From positions 13,124 to 77,123 of the forward strand of contig JBHIDX010000001.1 of assembly GCA_046760305.1 (NCBI GenBank): a DNA stretch of 64,000 nucleotides, read 5' to 3'. The notes under the pieces are model-generated. The model was not told the DNA's origin. It was given only the letters and a program-made list of their open reading frames with translations, and made no database searches. The stretch is from Candidatus Aminicenantales bacterium. GTDB lineage: Bacteria > Acidobacteriota > Aminicenantia > Aminicenantales > Aminicenantaceae. The translations under genes and the position numbers were made by a program. Below are positions 61,575 to 64,000 of the stretch, piece after piece (within the stretch, counting starts at the first letter, position 1; every line of letters begins with the position of its first letter).

Positions 61575-63052
61575 AGAGGTTTAGAGTTTTTATGGCCCTC
61601 GTTTTAATCTTTTCTGGTTTAATCTTGGCTCAAACATCTCCAGAGTTTGATGATTATTTTATCGACAGCACAATGCGCATTGATTACTATCATGTGGGAG
61701 ATGCTAGGGAAGAGTTCATCACCCTTGACCGCGTCTACAAGCAAGGAATCTGGGCAGGAAGCAAGAAAGAACTCATAGATAATTTTGACAATGGGAGGTA
61801 CTACGTTAAAATCTACCATGCTGCTTCCAAAAGGTTGATCTTTTCCAAGGGTTTTGACAGCTATTTTGGTGAGTATAAAACAACAAACCCTGCCCTCAAG
61901 GGAATCAAGCGTACCTATCATGAGTCTGTCCTGATCCCTTTTCCTAAAGAGAAAATAATCTTTGTCCTCGAATCAAGGAGCCTTCTCAACAGGCTCGATC
62001 CTATTTTCTCTCAGGAGATTGACCCCCGAGATTTTTTCATCATTGAAGAGAGCTTCGGGCGCGGCGTCCGGGTCTTTACTGCAGTCTACAGCGGCGACCC
62101 CCACCAGAAGGTAGACATGGCTTTTATCGGAGAGGGGTATTCGATAAAGGAGGCAAAGAAATTCAGGTCTGATGTTAAGCGCTGTGTTAAGGTTCTTTTC
62201 AAGTATGAACCCTACAAAAGTTTCCAGGACAAGTTTAATATCTACGGAGTTCTCAAACCTTCAGAAGAAAGCGGCTCGGATGAGCCAACCCACGGCATGT
62301 TTAAAAACACTTCACTGAATTCTTCTTTCAATTCACTCGGTTCGATGAGATACCTTCTTACTGAAGATAACAAGAGCTTGAGGGATGTTGCAGCTCATGT
62401 TCCCTACGATACTCTTCTCATCATCGTTAACCATAAGAGATACGGAGGCGGTGGTATCTATAATCTATACTGCACTTTCACCGTTGATAACCAGTGGCAT
62501 GAATACCTTATGATTCACGAATTAGGCCACTCTTTTGCAGGACTCGCAGACGAGTACTACTCTTCCTCGGTGGCCTATAATGAATTTTATCCTCAAGGAG
62601 TAGAACCCAAGGAACCAAACATTACTGCTCTTCTTGACCCGGAAAACCTCAAGTGGAAGGAGCTTGTCTCACCCGGGGTTAAAATTCCCACTCCCTGGGA
62701 AAAGGAAGGTTTTGACCGCATGGATGGAGCCTACCAGAAGTTGAGGAGAGATTTGAATGAGAGGATTGCCCGGTTGAAGAGAGAACAGGCGCCGGAGAAA
62801 GAAGTGAAGAAGCTCGAGAAAGAAGCAGCTCTTCTTTCTTTCAAGCATTCCAGAAGCATCGAGGACTATCTCGGGAAAAGCAGATTCAGCGGATTGGTAG
62901 GAGCTTTCGAGGGAGCTGGGTATTCCTCAAGGGGACTTTACCGTCCTGAAGTTAATTGCATCATGTTCACTCGGAGTGCAGGGAGATACTGTGCAGTCTG
63001 CCAGAAAGCAATAATCCAGCTCATAAACCATTACTGTGCTGATGATGATTGA
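61571..63052 (+). CDS. secreted M64-family (IgA-peptidase-like) metallopeptidase
   Basis: Signal peptide, and HELGHSFAGLADEY (HExxH plus the downstream acidic motif typical of M64). The ATGA overlap with speB suggests translational coupling. Confidence 0.85.
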   Translation: MKRFRVFMALVLIFSGLILAQTSPEFDDYFIDSTMRIDYYHVGDAREEFITLDRVYKQGIWAGSKKELIDNFDNGRYYVKIYHAASKRLIFSKGFDSYFGEYKTTNPALKGIKRTYHESVLIPFPKEKIIFVLESRSLLNRLDPIFSQEIDPRDFFIIEESFGRGVRVFTAVYSGDPHQKVDMAFIGEGYSIKEAKKFRSDVKRCVKVLFKYEPYKSFQDKFNIYGVLKPSEESGSDEPTHGMFKNTSLNSSFNSLGSMRYLLTEDNKSLRDVAAHVPYDTLLIIVNHKRYGGGGIYNLYCTFTVDNQWHEYLMIHELGHSFAGLADEYYSSSVAYNEFYPQGVEPKEPNITALLDPENLKWKELVSPGVKIPTPWEKEGFDRMDGAYQKLRRDLNERIARLKREQAPEKEVKKLEKEAALLSFKHSRSIEDYLGKSRFSGLVGAFEGAGYSSRGLYRPEVNCIMFTRSAGRYCAVCQKAIIQLINHYCADDD

Positions 63053-63059
63053 GGGCTTT

Positions 63060-63518
63060 CTATATTAATTTTACTATTTTTTCCAGCCATTTTCGGTCTG
63101 TTTCGGAGAAAGCATCGAATTCTCTACTGTCCACGTCCAGTACTGCACGGACTCTTTTTGCTCTGTCAAAGAGGGGAACGACTATCTCTGAGTTTGAACG
63201 GCTGTCACAGGCTATGTGGTCAGGAAACTTGTGAACATCAGGTACAATCACCGTTTCTTTCCGCTTAACTGCTTTCCAGCAGACTCCCTTCTTTTTTTCT
63301 AGTACCAGACAGGCGAGTGGACCCTGATAGGGTCCTACCACAAGCTCTCCCTCCCTGAGGAGGTAGAACCCGGTCCAGAAATAATGCGGCATTTTATGAT
63401 GGAGAAGAGCGCAAACAGTAGCCATCCGAGCGATCGTGTTGTCGGTTTTTTCCAGGAGCTCTGCGAGCTGATGGTATACCCTCTTGTACCGCCGAGCAAG
63501 ATTATTAATCTCAGCCAC
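63060..63518 (-). CDS. msrC: GAF-domain free methionine-(R)-sulfoxide reductase (MsrC/YebR-like)
   Basis: WTGFYLLREGELVVGPYQGPLACLVL...KGVCWKA...DVHKFPDHIACDSRSNSEIVVPL matches the fRMsr pattern, including the conserved Cys residues. Confidence 0.85.
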   Translation of the reverse strand: MAEINNLARRYKRVYHQLAELLEKTDNTIARMATVCALLHHKMPHYFWTGFYLLREGELVVGPYQGPLACLVLEKKKGVCWKAVKRKETVIVPDVHKFPDHIACDSRSNSEIVVPLFDRAKRVRAVLDVDSREFDAFSETDRKWLEKIVKLI

Positions 63519-63554
63519 TCTTCTTTTCCTCTATGAACGTGAACTCTTCATCAT

Positions 63555-63567
63555 GTGAATAATTCAC
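63555..63567. promoter_or_regulatory. palindrome GTGAATAATTCAC (candidate operator), site 3
   Basis: Shares the 11-nt core TGAATAATTCA with sites 1 and 2. Embedded in the longer near-palindrome CATGTGAATAATTCACGTG (63552-63570), 37-49 nt upstream of the msrC-like start codon. Confidence 0.35.
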
Positions 63568-63803
63568 GTGAAATGATATCGGTAAGAAAAAAATAACAGT
63601 CAGGATTCCATTAGTCAATGCTTAAAATTTGAGAGGATGTTAGCAATGGAAAGTGCGGGCTGTTGTCAGCAAAAGGGGGGTTGATGATGGGAACCAAAAA
63701 GGTGGGGGTTCTTCCCAGCCCGCAAAAAAGAACCATATAAATTATAACAAAAAAAATTCCTTTGTAAAGAAAATATTTAAAAAATTTAAAAAAAATTTTT
63801 AGG

Positions 63804-63832
63804 TTGAAATTTGTTCTCTCTTGGGTAAGAAT
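63804..63832 (+). promoter_or_regulatory. candidate sigma70-type promoter with an A/T-rich UP-like tract
   Basis: TTGAAA (63804-63809), 17 nt spacer, AAGAAT (63827-63832; or 16 nt to TAAGAA), preceded by about 60 nt of A/T-rich sequence. AGGAGG Shine-Dalgarno site before the ATG at 63861. Confidence 0.4.
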
Positions 63833-63860
63833 AAATCAGCCATAGGGAAAAGGAGGATTA

Positions 63861-64000
63861 ATGGAGCAGAAAAAGATTGACATAAAAGTTGATGAGAATA
63901 TTGCCCTCGGCCATTATTCAAATCTTGCTGCTATCCGTCATACCAAAGAGGAATTTATTTTTGATTTTGCCTTTGTTTTTCCTGATGGTCCGAGGGGAAA
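63861..64000 (+). CDS. DUF3467-like small protein (N-terminal part; runs off the window)
   Basis: My translation is MEQKKIDIKVDENIALGHYSNLAAIRHTKEEFIFDFAFVFPDGPRG, preceded by AGGAGG. The YSNL...HT.EEF.FDF pattern matches my recollection of DUF3467. Confidence 0.6.
   Translation, partial: MEQKKIDIKVDENIALGHYSNLAAIRHTKEEFIFDFAFVFPDGPRG

Noticed and set aside
1-64000. CRISPR arrays, prophage, transposons and known defence or toxin-antitoxin modules
   Set aside because: I found no regularly spaced direct repeats and no transposase, integrase, reverse transcriptase, capsid, terminase or nuclease-helicase signatures in any frame. The window is core-genome-like apart from the repeats listed above.

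Overview
The window reads as chromosomal sequence from an unidentified bacterium, with Shine-Dalgarno sites, sigma70-like TTGACA/TATAAT promoters, and Glu/Lys-rich proteins. I did not attempt a taxonomic call. Most of it is dense, conserved housekeeping. This includes accBC, the ffh-rpsP-KH-rimM-trmD-rplS-rnhB block, ispH-rpsA-ihfB, trpS-scpA-scpB, gdhA, speH, speB and tilS. Peptide and amino-acid catabolism is heavily represented by M48-, M29-, M1-, M64-, M14-like- and M50-family peptidases, isoaspartyl dipeptidase and gamma-glutamyltransferase.

I found no CRISPR array, rRNA, transposase, integrase, phage gene or recognisable defence system.

The most unusual region is 37.3-58.5 kb.
- It starts with an operon for a PDZ-containing sensor kinase and an NtrC-type sigma54 activator.
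- A type IV pilus / T2SS-like assembly locus follows: F-type platform protein, E-type ATPase, PilMNOP-like proteins, and a TPR-secretin ending in a cohesin-like domain.
- A tRNA(CAT) gene and tilS interrupt the locus.
- It then continues with GspI/J/K-like tip pilins, including two tandem 420-aa PilX-N/beta-helix paralogs.
- It ends with a prepilin peptidase that appears co-transcribed with an ABC-2 exporter.
- No major pilin or retraction ATPase is visible in the window.

At the DNA level I see several further signals:
- a dispersed ~52-nt palindromic repeat with two close copies and one possible 227-nt long form
- a recurring TGAAT(A/T)ATTCA palindrome
- an 18-bp perfect inverted repeat between convergent genes
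- one good sigma54 -24/-12 promoter match

All functional calls come from motifs I recognised by eye in the translations. No database search was run.
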